From: Patescibacteria group bacterium | GTDB lineage: Bacteria; Patescibacteriota; Minisyncoccia; Phycocordibacterales; SIBU01 | DNA: 64,000 nt | Assembly: GCA_038063715.1 (NCBI GenBank) | Contig: JBBTUO010000007.1 | Span: 1,540-65,539, forward strand | Direction: 5' to 3' | In this document: positions 9,186 to 18,354 of the stretch, one piece after another | Layout of the letters: each line of letters starts with the position of its first letter | Position numbering within the stretch: position 1 is the stretch's first letter | Program-made: the position numbers and the translations under genes | The notes under the pieces: model-generated | Told to the model about the DNA's origin: nothing | The model's database searches: none | What the model saw: the letters and a program-made list of their open reading frames with translations, nothing else

Positions 9186-9767
9186 ATGTTAATTCCCACC
9201 GTTATCGAAAAGTCACAATTTGGCGAACGCGCGTATGATATTTACTCGCGATTGTTGCGTGAAAATATTATTTTCCTCGGCGGGCCAATTGATGATCATG
9301 CCGCAAACCTTATCATTGCCCAACTTCTCTTCTTGCAATCTGAAGACCCGAAAAAAGATATTTCACTCTATGTAAACTCTCCTGGTGGATCGGTCACGGC
9401 CACGCTCGCAATTGTGGACACCATGAACTATGTTAAAAATGATGTTTCAACTGTCTGTGTTGGAATCGCCGCTTCCGGCGGGGCAATAATTCTTTCATCG
9501 GGGCAAAAAGGTAAGCGCTATGCCCTACCCAACGCCGAAGTTATGATTCACCAACCACTAGGAGGTGTTGAAGGTCAGGCCACCGACATCGCCATCACCG
9601 CCAAGCAAATTTTGAAAACCCGGGAAAACTTAAACAAAATGCTCGCTAAGAACAGCGGAAAATCAATAACGCAGATTGAAAAGGACGTAGAGCGTGATTT
9701 CTACATGGATGCGGAACAGGCAAAGAAGTACGGAATAATAGACGAAATCCTAAAAGAGCCTGCGTAA
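9186..9767 (+). CDS. clpP: ATP-dependent Clp protease proteolytic subunit
   Basis: [21 protein letters not shown]..., the active-site region NSPGGSVTA and HQPLGG. Typical length of 193 aa. Confidence 0.92.
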   Translation: MLIPTVIEKSQFGERAYDIYSRLLRENIIFLGGPIDDHAANLIIAQLLFLQSEDPKKDISLYVNSPGGSVTATLAIVDTMNYVKNDVSTVCVGIAASGGAIILSSGQKGKRYALPNAEVMIHQPLGGVEGQATDIAITAKQILKTRENLNKMLAKNSGKSITQIEKDVERDFYMDAEQAKKYGIIDEILKEPA

Positions 9768-9781
9768 AAGGCTGATTTAAA

Positions 9782-9820
9782 GCCCCCGCTCCGCCCTTAG
9801 CGGAGCGGGGCTTTACTTTT
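9782..9820 (+). terminator. Rho-independent terminator after clpP
   Basis: GCCCCCGCTCCGC-cctta-GCGGAGCGGGGC followed by TTTACTTTT. Confidence 0.7.
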
Positions 9821-9994
9821 GATTGATTTACCCGTAACATGAGAACATTAACAATTGTTTAATATGATCTTGCTTTTCACTTTTACAGCTAGTGTTTTCT
9901 TCTTTCAAATCCTTCAGGGAAATCTTATGTTGCTCCAAAAACTAGAAATCGTTAGTCTTAGAGTAAAAGTATAAAAACAAGGTCTTTAAAGACC

Positions 9995-11524
9995 ATGTCA
10001 TTAAAAGTAGTCATACTTCTCGCGAGCGTCGCAGGCGCTCTCGGAATTGCCTTGGGCTACTATCTCCGATTGATTATTTCATTGGGCAAACGAGGCTCGA
10101 TGGAACTAGAGATCAAGGAGATGATGCTCAAGGCAAAAGAGGAAGCAAAAAAAATTGAAGGAAGTGCACAAAGTAAAGCTGATGAAGCTCTCTCTGCCGC
10201 GCGTGCAGAAGCTAAAGAAAGAGAGGAGAAGTTAAAAAAGAGCGAAGAGCGCATTATCAAAAAAGAGGACACACTGGACCAACGCCAAGCCGATATTGAT
10301 AAGGAAGTTGAAAATATCAAGGTAAAAATTGCCGAGGTCAAGAAAATAAAAGAAAAGGTCGATGCTTTGGAGATTGAAAAAACAACCGAACTTTCAAAGA
10401 TCGCTCGCCTCTCCGAAGCGGAAGCAAGGGAGGAAATAATGAAAAGCGTCGAGAAAAAGTCAGAAGAGGATATTTTGTCTCGGATGCAGAAACTGGAGAA
10501 ATTTGGTGAGGAAAAACTTGAGAAAAAAGCTCAAGATATTTTGGCTACATCGATTCAGCGTTTGGGCAATTCAGTCTCAGCAGACATGCTCACCACCCAG
10601 GTTGCAATCCCAAATGATGAGATAAAGGGTAAGATCATCGGCAAGGAGGGGCGAAATATCAAAGCCTTTGAGCGGGCAACTGGAGTTGAAGTGATTGTAG
10701 ACGATACTCCGGGAGCAATTACCATATCTTCATTTGATCCTGTACGACGCCAGGTGGCTCGAGTAGCGCTCGAAAATCTCATTCTCGATGGCCGTATTCA
10801 ACCTGCCAAAATCGAGCAAGTTGTTGAAAAAGCCCAGGAAGAAATCAACAAAATCATCAAGGAAAAGGGTAACCAAGCAGTCTACGAAACCGGGGTACTC
10901 AATCTTGATCCACGAATTATCGCTATCTTAGGAAGACTCCACTTCCGCACAAGTTACGGCCAGAATGTTTTGCAACACTCAATTGAAATGACACACATTG
11001 CCGGTATGATCGCCGAAGAATTGAGGGCAAATGTCGCAGTTACAAAGGCCGGAGCGCTTCTACATGACATTGGCAAGGCTGTAGACCACGAGGTTCAGGG
11101 TACCCATGTAGAAATCGGCCGAAGAATCTTGCAAAAATTCGGCGCGGATGAAGCGATTGTCAAAGCCATGCAGGCCCACCATGGAGAGTATCCATATGAA
11201 ACTGTCGAGTCGATCATTGTACAGACCGCTGACGCCATTTCAGGATCACGACCGGGCGCTCGCCGAGACAGTGTTGAAAATTACCTAAAACGATTGGGTG
11301 ATCTTGAGGCAATTGCAAAATCATTACCGGGAGTTGAAAAATCATTTGCCTTGCAAGCTGGGCGTGAAATTCGAGTATTCGTGAACCCTGGTGAGATTAC
11401 TGATCTAGACGCCAAGAAAATGGCCCAAGATATTGCACAGAAGATTGAAAAGGAACTGAAATATCCAGGAGAAATAAAGGTGACAGTCATCAGAGAGTTG
11501 AGGACAATAGAATACGCTAGGTAA
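9995..11524 (+). CDS. rny: Ribonuclease Y
   Basis: N-terminal TM, a long coiled-coil, a KH domain (GKIIGKEGRNIKAFE) and an HD domain (LLHDIGKAVDHE...HH). Confidence 0.9.
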   Translation: MSLKVVILLASVAGALGIALGYYLRLIISLGKRGSMELEIKEMMLKAKEEAKKIEGSAQSKADEALSAARAEAKEREEKLKKSEERIIKKEDTLDQRQADIDKEVENIKVKIAEVKKIKEKVDALEIEKTTELSKIARLSEAEAREEIMKSVEKKSEEDILSRMQKLEKFGEEKLEKKAQDILATSIQRLGNSVSADMLTTQVAIPNDEIKGKIIGKEGRNIKAFERATGVEVIVDDTPGAITISSFDPVRRQVARVALENLILDGRIQPAKIEQVVEKAQEEINKIIKEKGNQAVYETGVLNLDPRIIAILGRLHFRTSYGQNVLQHSIEMTHIAGMIAEELRANVAVTKAGALLHDIGKAVDHEVQGTHVEIGRRILQKFGADEAIVKAMQAHHGEYPYETVESIIVQTADAISGSRPGARRDSVENYLKRLGDLEAIAKSLPGVEKSFALQAGREIRVFVNPGEITDLDAKKMAQDIAQKIEKELKYPGEIKVTVIRELRTIEYAR

Positions 11525-11560
11525 AAGCTCGCTCGCCGAGGTGAAGAGAAAAAATCCGAA

Positions 11561-11604
11561 AGCCCCCGTTCCGCTGTGAAGCGGAACGGGGGCTTTCTCT
11601 TTTC
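11561..11604 (+). terminator. Rho-independent terminator after rny
   Basis: AGCCCCCGTTCCGC-tgtga-AGCGGAACGGGGGCT followed by TTCTCTTTTC. Confidence 0.7.
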
Positions 11605-11652
11605 ACAATAAAAAAATCGCGAGGGCCTGCCCCCGCGATGATAACAAAACAA

Positions 11653-12402
11653 TTAGGTGACCAACGAACCGAGACTGCGACGAAGCATGGTTTTAGCAGT
11701 TCCCAAGCGCATATACACAGCAGTCTCGCCTCTCCCAACTCTCCGAGCAATATCCTGAACAGACAGCTCAGCCCAATAACGCCAGTAAACCACTTGCGAC
11801 AATGGCGCGGGGAGTTGCTCTACCGCTTCACGCACGAGCTCTGCAAACTCCGACCGAGACAGCTCCTCTAAGGGTGTGGGTGTTTCAGAATCCGGGCACT
11901 CTTTTCTGAACTGTCCAGAGTCGGGAGTAGTTATCGCATCATAACTAAGAGGATGATACACTCCGCCCAACAACTTCCACCGGGTCAGTGGGTCACAACC
12001 ATGCCGATCCACCACTTCTTCTAGCTTCACCTCCCGACCGTGCACCTCTGAAAGAACCCACCTTTCGTCCTCAAAACTCTGAAGCCTGGCGCAAAGCTCC
12101 TTAGGCATCGAGAAATTTGATCGAAGTTCTTCGATCAGAGCTCGGTGAATCACAACCGACGCCCACCCAGAAACATTATCGTTCAAGGCTGGCTTGTAAG
12201 ACGGAAGTGTTTTGTGCAACGCAATAGCGCCCGCAACCCACAAATCCTCAGCAGAGAGACCTCCGGGCAATTTGTCTGACCAGTGGCTCCGGAGAGCACT
12301 CACCTGAACATCTACCAGTGGTAGAAGTCTATAGAACAATTCGCCGTGAGCGAATGTCGCTTTGTCAAAAGAGAAAAAATCTGAAAACAGTCCTCCACGC
12401 AT
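11653..12402 (-). CDS. RNA polymerase sigma factor, sigma-70 family (FliA/SigF-like or ECF-like)
   Basis: Region-2-like segment (VSGWASVVIHRALIEELR) and a region-4 HTH (LSVQDIARRVGRGETAVYMRLGTAKTMLRRSL). The gene is markedly more GC-rich than its neighbours. A terminator on the minus strand lies at ~11610-11640. Confidence 0.7.
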   Translation of the reverse strand: MRGGLFSDFFSFDKATFAHGELFYRLLPLVDVQVSALRSHWSDKLPGGLSAEDLWVAGAIALHKTLPSYKPALNDNVSGWASVVIHRALIEELRSNFSMPKELCARLQSFEDERWVLSEVHGREVKLEEVVDRHGCDPLTRWKLLGGVYHPLSYDAITTPDSGQFRKECPDSETPTPLEELSRSEFAELVREAVEQLPAPLSQVVYWRYWAELSVQDIARRVGRGETAVYMRLGTAKTMLRRSLGSLVT

Positions 12403-12895
12403 ATGTCATGTCCTCCGGTTGTTAGTTGTTTAAGAACGAAGGGCCTAAAAGGTCCTGATAAGCTTTAAACCGCTAGATACAGTAGCACTAGCGTGTCGGA
12501 GGGTCAAAGTTTCAATAATCTGAATGACCCAACAGTACTGTTGAGCTGTTTATATTGGCTCTACAGAGCCGTTTTAACATTTGCACAATTTTAGGCCTAA
12601 AATGCTGAATTTTAAAACTTTTTTGCTGTCCACAAGCTATGCACAAGCCAAAAAATGGCTTACTTGCGTCGAAATACCTCTGTTATATAATAAACATAGA
12701 TATTAATCAGATAAATAAGGTCGATTTAAATAAATTAAAGTTTAAAAAATAATTTAATACAATTGGAGCTTCAAAATTGGATGCAGTTCGAGGCGCGAGC
12801 GAGGCTTGTGACCAAAATGTATGTTTATTACATTGCGGGAGCAAACGAGCGAAGCAACAAAGAAATGCGCCAATTGTGAAGTTCCAAACAATACT

Positions 12896-13168
12896 ATGAA
12901 TAAACAAGCTATAGCAGAAGCAGTCCATGCCGTTCTCGGCGGGACTAAAGTTCAAGCAGAGCAGGTAGTAGATGTAGTAGTTGACTCGATCGTCAACACT
13001 TTGAAAAAAGGAGAGGAGGTTTCAATCGCAGGTCTTGGCATCTTTTCAGTAAAGGCCCGCGCCGCCCGCCAGGCTCGCAATCCTCGCACCGGTGAGTCTA
13101 TCCAGGTTGCAGCAATGAAAGTACCTAAGTTCCGCGCCGCTAAGGCGTTGAAGGATGCAGTCAAATAG
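12896..13168 (+). CDS. hup: DNA-binding protein HU
   Basis: MNKQAIAEAVHAV...GLGIFSVKARAARQARNPRTGESIQVAAMKVPKFRAAKALKDAV is the canonical HU fold signature. The real start is at 12896. Confidence 0.88.
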   Translation: MNKQAIAEAVHAVLGGTKVQAEQVVDVVVDSIVNTLKKGEEVSIAGLGIFSVKARAARQARNPRTGESIQVAAMKVPKFRAAKALKDAVK

Positions 13169-13196
13169 TAGATTCAGGATTTTAGATTAAAGATTC

Positions 13197-13229
13197 AAGA
13201 AAAAACCGCCCAAGGGCGGTTTTTTTGTT
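13197..13229. terminator. Bidirectional terminator (A-run, hairpin, T-run)
   Basis: AAAAAA-CCGCCC-aag-GGCGG-TTTTTTT. Confidence 0.7.
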
Positions 13230-13624
13230 TCTTGTACCAGCAGGAAGTAGAGAAAAGTTGACACGCAAGCATCATCGGCACATACTGAAATACGGATACA
13301 GGAACAGCTTGATATTCCACCCAGACACCCTATGAATACTGTCAAAGACGATTTGCGTCGAATGAACAGAAGTTTCGCGCGCGTTCTCATCGCACGAGGA
13401 AGAAACATGCTACCCAGGCCACTGCGTGGCAAACGCCTTTCGGTCACGGCAAAGATTTGGCACAGATGGACAGTTGAAGCTGGTGAGCGTTGGATTGCTC
13501 GCGGCAACGCGATTCTCGCAGAAAATCAATAGATCATTTCGACCAGCGCAAGTCCCCTCTCGGGACTTTTTTGTTACCACACTTTTAAATATATTGATGG
13601 CCTGGAGGCGATTCGCTACAGCAT

Positions 13625-14362
13625 TTATTTCGGCATAAATGGTTTTGCACTTCGCCATGCCATTTCAAAAATAGTTTTTAATGTTTCAGCGATAGTTACA
13701 TCTTCAATCCTAACCACAAAAAGATTCTGCTCCTGCAGTCGGAAAAATGCCACTACATTGCCGTAAATTACATTGTCATTAAAAATCGGGCCGGACGCTA
13801 AACGTGACATATACATCTCCCCCGCTGTTGTGGCCCATCGTTTAGAACTTTGGCGCGCTTCTGGCGTATCCGCAATAATTTCTCTAGTAAAAATTCGATT
13901 ATCGATCGTCGCTTGATTAATTTTACGAAAAATTTCTGGAAACCTTTTCTCTACCGAAGAAAGATCAGACCAAAAAATCAATTCTTTCGTATTTTTTATT
14001 TCCTCGTACATCTGGAGCAAACCTTCTTCTCCTTCAAAAACAGATACGCTCGGTTTACCCTGATTTTCTTGTTGCAACAATTCAAGTTCTCGAATTTGCT
14101 GCTTCCACTCAGACAAACCGTCTTCCAGTTTTTTCTGTAAAACCTTAGGATCAACGGCTCGGTAATACTCCCGCTTACCAATACATACCCGCTGGATAAA
14201 GCTTTTTTTAAGTAATTCATCCAGATACAGATAGACCGTTGGCCGCTTCAAACCAGCCTTTTGTGCGATTTTACCTACTGATGAAGTACCTAAAGCCAAG
14301 GCCGCCATATATACCTTGGCGGCTTTTTCATTTAAACCAAGGTTTTGCAGAACATAGATCAT
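13625..14362 (-). CDS. TrmB-family transcriptional regulator (paralog 2)
   Basis: N-terminal wHTH LGLNEKAAKVYMAALALGTSSVGKIAQKAGLKRPTVYLYLDELLKK. C-terminal half is similar to the other two paralogs. Confidence 0.7.
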   Translation of the reverse strand: MIYVLQNLGLNEKAAKVYMAALALGTSSVGKIAQKAGLKRPTVYLYLDELLKKSFIQRVCIGKREYYRAVDPKVLQKKLEDGLSEWKQQIRELELLQQENQGKPSVSVFEGEEGLLQMYEEIKNTKELIFWSDLSSVEKRFPEIFRKINQATIDNRIFTREIIADTPEARQSSKRWATTAGEMYMSRLASGPIFNDNVIYGNVVAFFRLQEQNLFVVRIEDVTIAETLKTIFEMAWRSAKPFMPK

Positions 14363-14533
14363 TACAATATTAGTATATAAAAATAAACATAAATGTCAAT
14401 AAAATTGACATTTATTAGTAAAATGACTCCTTATTTTAAGCCATTTTATCATAATTTTTCTATTGTTTTTATAATAAAGTGGACTAATCACAAAATTAAA
14501 ATACAATTTGTCAATTATTCGTAAAAGAAAATT

Positions 14534-15670
14534 ATGAAAAAATACTTAATAATTGCTGTTGCTATCGTAATCGTCGGCTCCCTACTTTACCGTGCGGGTC
14601 ACAATGTCGACACAAAACCTATTAAAATGGGTGGCTTGTTTGACCTGACAGGGGTTACAGCCGATATCGGTGAAAGCTTAAAAAGAGGTTCCGAAATAGC
14701 GATCGAGAAAATCAATGCTAACGGTGGTATCAATGGTCGTATGATTGAAATAGTGTACGAAGATGCAACCGACGGAGCCGCGAAACCAGCAATTAATGGT
14801 GCGCAGAAGCTCATGAATATCGACAAAGTCGATATTATTCTCGATTATCCCTACTCAGGACTTTCGTCAATCGCAAAAACAGCGGAACAACTAAAAATCC
14901 CTGTTCTTGATGTCATTGATTCTTCCGATCAGATTGCTTCATTCGGAGACTGGGTATTCGGGGTCGGTATGTATGATGATGGTGTTGGAAAGTTTGTAGC
15001 GGAATTTGCCAAAAATGAGTTAGGGGCAAAAAATGTGGCAATGTTGGTCGGAAAAGATGAGTATCTCTATGCTGTGGCAGGTGGATTTGAAGAGGGCTTT
15101 CAATCGCTCGGTGGAAATATTACTCGCCGAGAAGAATTTTTGATCGGAGAGAATGATTTCCGGACACAACTGCTCAAATTGTTCGCCAAGGAGAAGCCAG
15201 AAGCGATTTTTGTCAGTCATTTTGGCGAAGGTGGAAAAATTATTAAACAGGCCAGCGAACTGGGTTTTTCAGGGGCATTTCTTGGTAGCGATACCTTCTC
15301 TCTTGCAGATGTTCCGAGAGTGGCCGGAAAGTTACTCGACCACCGAACGTACTTTGGTTTGTGGAGAAATTTTGATTCACAAACCAAGGAGCAGCTCGAA
15401 TTTGTCGAATTGTATAAACAGAAATACGGCGAAGAGCCGGGTGACTATCTCTTCTACAATGTACTAGGTTATGATGGAGTGATGGTCGCCGCCGAGGCAT
15501 TAAAAAAGACTGGTGGTGATGGAGGAGAAAAACTCAAAAACGCTCTGTACCAAACACAAAATCATCAGGGTTTAAGCGGGCCAATCTCAATTGATCAATC
15601 CGGCATCAATCGCGACACAAAAACAATGATGGTGATGTACAAAGACGGTAAAATTGTGCGGTATAAATAA
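14534..15670 (+). CDS. ABC transporter substrate-binding protein, branched-chain amino acid (LivJ/LivK-like, type 1 PBP)
   Basis: Signal/anchor peptide, then the family pattern GGLFDLTG...IAIEKINANGGINGRMIEIVYEDATDGAAKPAINGAQKLM, typical of Leu/Ile/Val-binding proteins. Confidence 0.75.
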   Translation: MKKYLIIAVAIVIVGSLLYRAGHNVDTKPIKMGGLFDLTGVTADIGESLKRGSEIAIEKINANGGINGRMIEIVYEDATDGAAKPAINGAQKLMNIDKVDIILDYPYSGLSSIAKTAEQLKIPVLDVIDSSDQIASFGDWVFGVGMYDDGVGKFVAEFAKNELGAKNVAMLVGKDEYLYAVAGGFEEGFQSLGGNITRREEFLIGENDFRTQLLKLFAKEKPEAIFVSHFGEGGKIIKQASELGFSGAFLGSDTFSLADVPRVAGKLLDHRTYFGLWRNFDSQTKEQLEFVELYKQKYGEEPGDYLFYNVLGYDGVMVAAEALKKTGGDGGEKLKNALYQTQNHQGLSGPISIDQSGINRDTKTMMVMYKDGKIVRYK

Positions 15671-15689
15671 TTTCTATTGACGGAACAGC

Positions 15690-15722
15690 AAAAACTCCCC
15701 GATGGCCATCGGGGAGTTTTTG
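15690..15722 (+). terminator. Rho-independent terminator after the LivJ-like gene
   Basis: ACTCCCCGATGG-ccat-CGGGGAGT followed by TTTTTG. Confidence 0.7.
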
Positions 15723-15877
15723 CGTTTGTGCGAGATGGGAGACGCTACGCTATCGAACTCCTGGGAAACCCTCGGTTTTCCCAATCCTTCCTCCACGGGG
15801 AACTCCCGTTCCCCGACCCCTTCCCAGTTCAATTCTCCCGTTCGCACAAAGAACCCCTTGCGGGGCTCTTTTGTTGT

Positions 15878-15947
15878 GCGGGACGGGAGAATCGAACTCC
15901 CGCCAAGTGTTTGGAAAACACCTATTCTACCATTAAACTAGTCCCGC
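15878..15947 (-). tRNA. tRNA-Trp (anticodon CCA)
   Basis: The reverse complement gives a 7-bp acceptor stem GCGGGAC/GUCCCGC, a T-arm GGGAG-UUCGAUU-CUCCC and an anticodon loop UUCCAAA, 70 nt in all. A hairpin plus T-run terminator follows on the minus strand (~15843-15868). Confidence 0.85.
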
Positions 15948-15950
15948 TTG

Positions 15951-16616
15951 TTATTTAAGAACCTCGTCAATCCACCCATTTATCCTTCGGGCAAGAAAAA
16001 CACCAAACTCTTTCCTACCGTGACTCCTAATACTAAGATGAGCCGTCCCAAAAGGCAACTTTCTTCTATTAAAACTTTTTTTATCTTTCCGAATATCTAC
16101 ATATGTTTTTTGAAAATAAATTGGTGCAATTGAGGTAGACTTGGACCAAAAAGCAACAGATTTAGCCTCATCAGAATCTGGATACAAGTGGAGCCTAAGT
16201 CTAAAGTTAACCTGTTTTAGATCGCAAACGTCCCTAAACCATTTAACAGCAAAACGTATAACCTTTGGGTCAGAATTTATTACCCTTATAATATCGTGAG
16301 TTTTCGCACCCTCTCCAATGTATAACCCTACTCCGAGCATAAACACATCTCGTGAGGAAAGGGCTCCTATATCTTTCCTTGCTTGTGTAACGGCCTCAGC
16401 AAACGACCTGAGTTTTTGTTTATTTTTTGCTAGACCAGACGCAGTACGAGCCTTACCCATCTTTAAAAGCATTTCATTATTCGGAGTGTAAGGCACAGAA
16501 GATAGCCAAGCACTCAATGTTCCTTTAGAAATCGCTGTCTTTTCTCCAATGTAAGTATACGAATAACCCTGTTTTCTCAAAGCAAAAGCCTGTTCACGAA
16601 TAGTACTATCCTTCAT
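15951..16616 (-). CDS. HTH + LAGLIDADG-like domain protein (homing-endonuclease-like), paralog A
   Basis: N-terminal HTH (ALRKQGYSYTYIGEKTAISKGTLSAWL). Single LAGLIDADG-like motif FMLGVGLYIGEGAK. A paralog lies at 21969-22634. The stop abuts tRNA-Trp. Confidence 0.5.
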   Translation of the reverse strand: MKDSTIREQAFALRKQGYSYTYIGEKTAISKGTLSAWLSSVPYTPNNEMLLKMGKARTASGLAKNKQKLRSFAEAVTQARKDIGALSSRDVFMLGVGLYIGEGAKTHDIIRVINSDPKVIRFAVKWFRDVCDLKQVNFRLRLHLYPDSDEAKSVAFWSKSTSIAPIYFQKTYVDIRKDKKSFNRRKLPFGTAHLSIRSHGRKEFGVFLARRINGWIDEVLK

Positions 16617-16706
16617 ATCCACATCATAGCAGATATAGTAGAAATGTTCAATTAATTGAAACCACATTAATAAGGTTGAAAAAACTCTTTGTGCTAAAAT
16701 GAAACA

Positions 16707-17849
16707 ATGCTAGAAAAATTTCTTTCACTAATACTCGGACTGCTTGGGATAGTAGCCACAACTGTGTCCTCCCCTGTTCAACCTGTACCAATCACACCAA
16801 AAATTACAGTAGCAACAACTACTCCTGCGAAAATCGCTACAACCTCGCCGGCAAAAGTCGAAACAAAAGTAACTAAAACGGTCAGGCCGGCGCCGAAGGC
16901 TCCCGAGGCGCCGGCCGAAATCATACCCGCAATAAAAACCTCAACGGTTATTCCTGTAGTGCCCGTTGTCGCCACAACTACCATTGTCAATTTCGAACCT
17001 CTAAACCAAAAAGCTCGCGAAGCGACTGTCAACATACTGTGTACCTCGTCGTCGGGAGGAAGTTTCGACCCCTTGAGCGGTAGCGGTGTTATCATCGACC
17101 CTCGCGGCATTATTCTCACTAACGCGCACATAGGACAATTTATGCTCCTAGAAAATCGCGACGGTAACCCTTTTATTCGCTGTGTAGCACGCACCGGCAG
17201 TCCAGCAACACCAAAATACACCCTAAAACTGCTTTACATTTCACGACAATGGGTAAAGGATAATTATCAACAAATAACGAGCAGTAACGCTACAGGCACC
17301 GGTGAGAATGATTATGCCCTGCTTCAAATAGTTGGAAGAACTGACCAGGTTCTTAAACTCGAAACCGACTTCCCACATCTTAATCTTGAGGGAAATACCC
17401 GAACATTCAAAACCGGCGATCCCGCGCTCGCCCTCGGCTACCCTGCAGGATTTTTAGGTGGGATTTCTATACAGCGAGAACTCTATGCCGTCTCAAGTAT
17501 TATAAAAATTGGGGAACGCTTCACATTTAGAGACGGAACAGTTGACGTATTTAGTCTTGGGGGCAGTCCCGTCGCTCAAAAAGGGGCGTCCGGCGGAGGC
17601 GTTGTAAACTCTGAAGGTAAGCTTATCGGTATTATAGTCACTTCAACCACAGCACCCTCAACAGATGGGCGCGATCTTGATGCAATATCGATTGAACACG
17701 TAAACAGAAGTCTTTTTGTCGAAACACGGCTAACGCTAGATTCATTTATACAATCGGACAACACGGCATTTTCAAAAGCGTTCGATGAAGAAATTCTGCC
17801 GGGCCTCAAAAAGCTCCTGGCGGACGAGCTCAGCGCAAAAAACCGCTAG
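16707..17849 (+). CDS. Trypsin-like serine peptidase (S1 family), membrane-anchored with Pro/Thr-rich linker
   Basis: N-terminal TM and a PT-rich low-complexity region. Catalytic-triad contexts: GSGVIIDPRGIILTNAHI (His), DYALLQI (Asp), GGSPVAQKGASGGGVVNSEGKLIGI (Ser). Confidence 0.65.
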   Translation: MLEKFLSLILGLLGIVATTVSSPVQPVPITPKITVATTTPAKIATTSPAKVETKVTKTVRPAPKAPEAPAEIIPAIKTSTVIPVVPVVATTTIVNFEPLNQKAREATVNILCTSSSGGSFDPLSGSGVIIDPRGIILTNAHIGQFMLLENRDGNPFIRCVARTGSPATPKYTLKLLYISRQWVKDNYQQITSSNATGTGENDYALLQIVGRTDQVLKLETDFPHLNLEGNTRTFKTGDPALALGYPAGFLGGISIQRELYAVSSIIKIGERFTFRDGTVDVFSLGGSPVAQKGASGGGVVNSEGKLIGIIVTSTTAPSTDGRDLDAISIEHVNRSLFVETRLTLDSFIQSDNTAFSKAFDEEILPGLKKLLADELSAKNR

Positions 17850-17865
17850 CATCTGCGTAGCTCCC

Positions 17866-17906
17866 TGTATACGTTTATAATACACGACCGTGTATTATAA
17901 ACGTAT
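17866..17906. repeat. Perfect inverted repeat TATACGTTTATAATACACG-ac-CGTGTATTATAAACGTATA (19-bp arms)
   Basis: Read directly. Lies between two convergent genes. Confidence 0.8.
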
Positions 17907-17931
17907 ACCGAAAAATAAAGCGGATTATGAA

Positions 17932-18231
17932 TTATTGATTTTGAGCGAGCGCGAGCAGGGCATCGAAATTATCCGTGGGCAAAACTTTATTTTTTCGCTC
18001 AAATCCGCAACGCACGCACTGCTGAATCACTGAATACTGCTCGCCTTTTTTAATCGCTGAAACAGGCTTCATTAGTCCCCCGCAAATTTCATCTCTATCC
18101 CCTGGATTTACATCCACATGCTTGCTCCACAAGCATTTCGGACAATGATTGGTAAACCCGTCCCCTACTACTGAATTACCGCAGTGTTCGCAGGTAAAAT
18201 CTTCAACCTTTTTTTGAAATAATTTTTTCAT
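17932..18231 (-). CDS. Zinc-ribbon protein with RNHCP-like motif
   Basis: CEHCGN...FTNHCPKCLWSKH...CVRCGF, i.e. CxxC pairs and the N-H-C-P signature. Confidence 0.55.
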   Translation of the reverse strand: MKKLFQKKVEDFTCEHCGNSVVGDGFTNHCPKCLWSKHVDVNPGDRDEICGGLMKPVSAIKKGEQYSVIQQCVRCGFERKNKVLPTDNFDALLALAQNQ

Positions 18232-18354
18232 TTAATTAATATACATTACATCATATATAGCAAAACATACCTTGCTGCCTATAAACTTTAGTTCAGTAAA
18301 GTAACCAAGATTATATTTTTTCTGTTTAAATTTTGAAATGCATGTATAAAAAAC

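Noticed and set aside
12420-12820. A CDS in the 400-bp gap upstream of hup (ORF 12707..12955 -)
   Set aside because: The 82-aa minus ORF is hydrophobic low-complexity and overlaps the hup 5' region. The gap is AT-rich promoter-like spacer between divergent or convergent units.
15723-15842. A second, long-variable-arm tRNA next to tRNA-Trp
   Set aside because: The GGAGTTCGATAGC stretch looks T-loop-like, but no acceptor/D/anticodon/T cloverleaf can be folded. The closing helix is 12-14 bp, unlike a tRNA.
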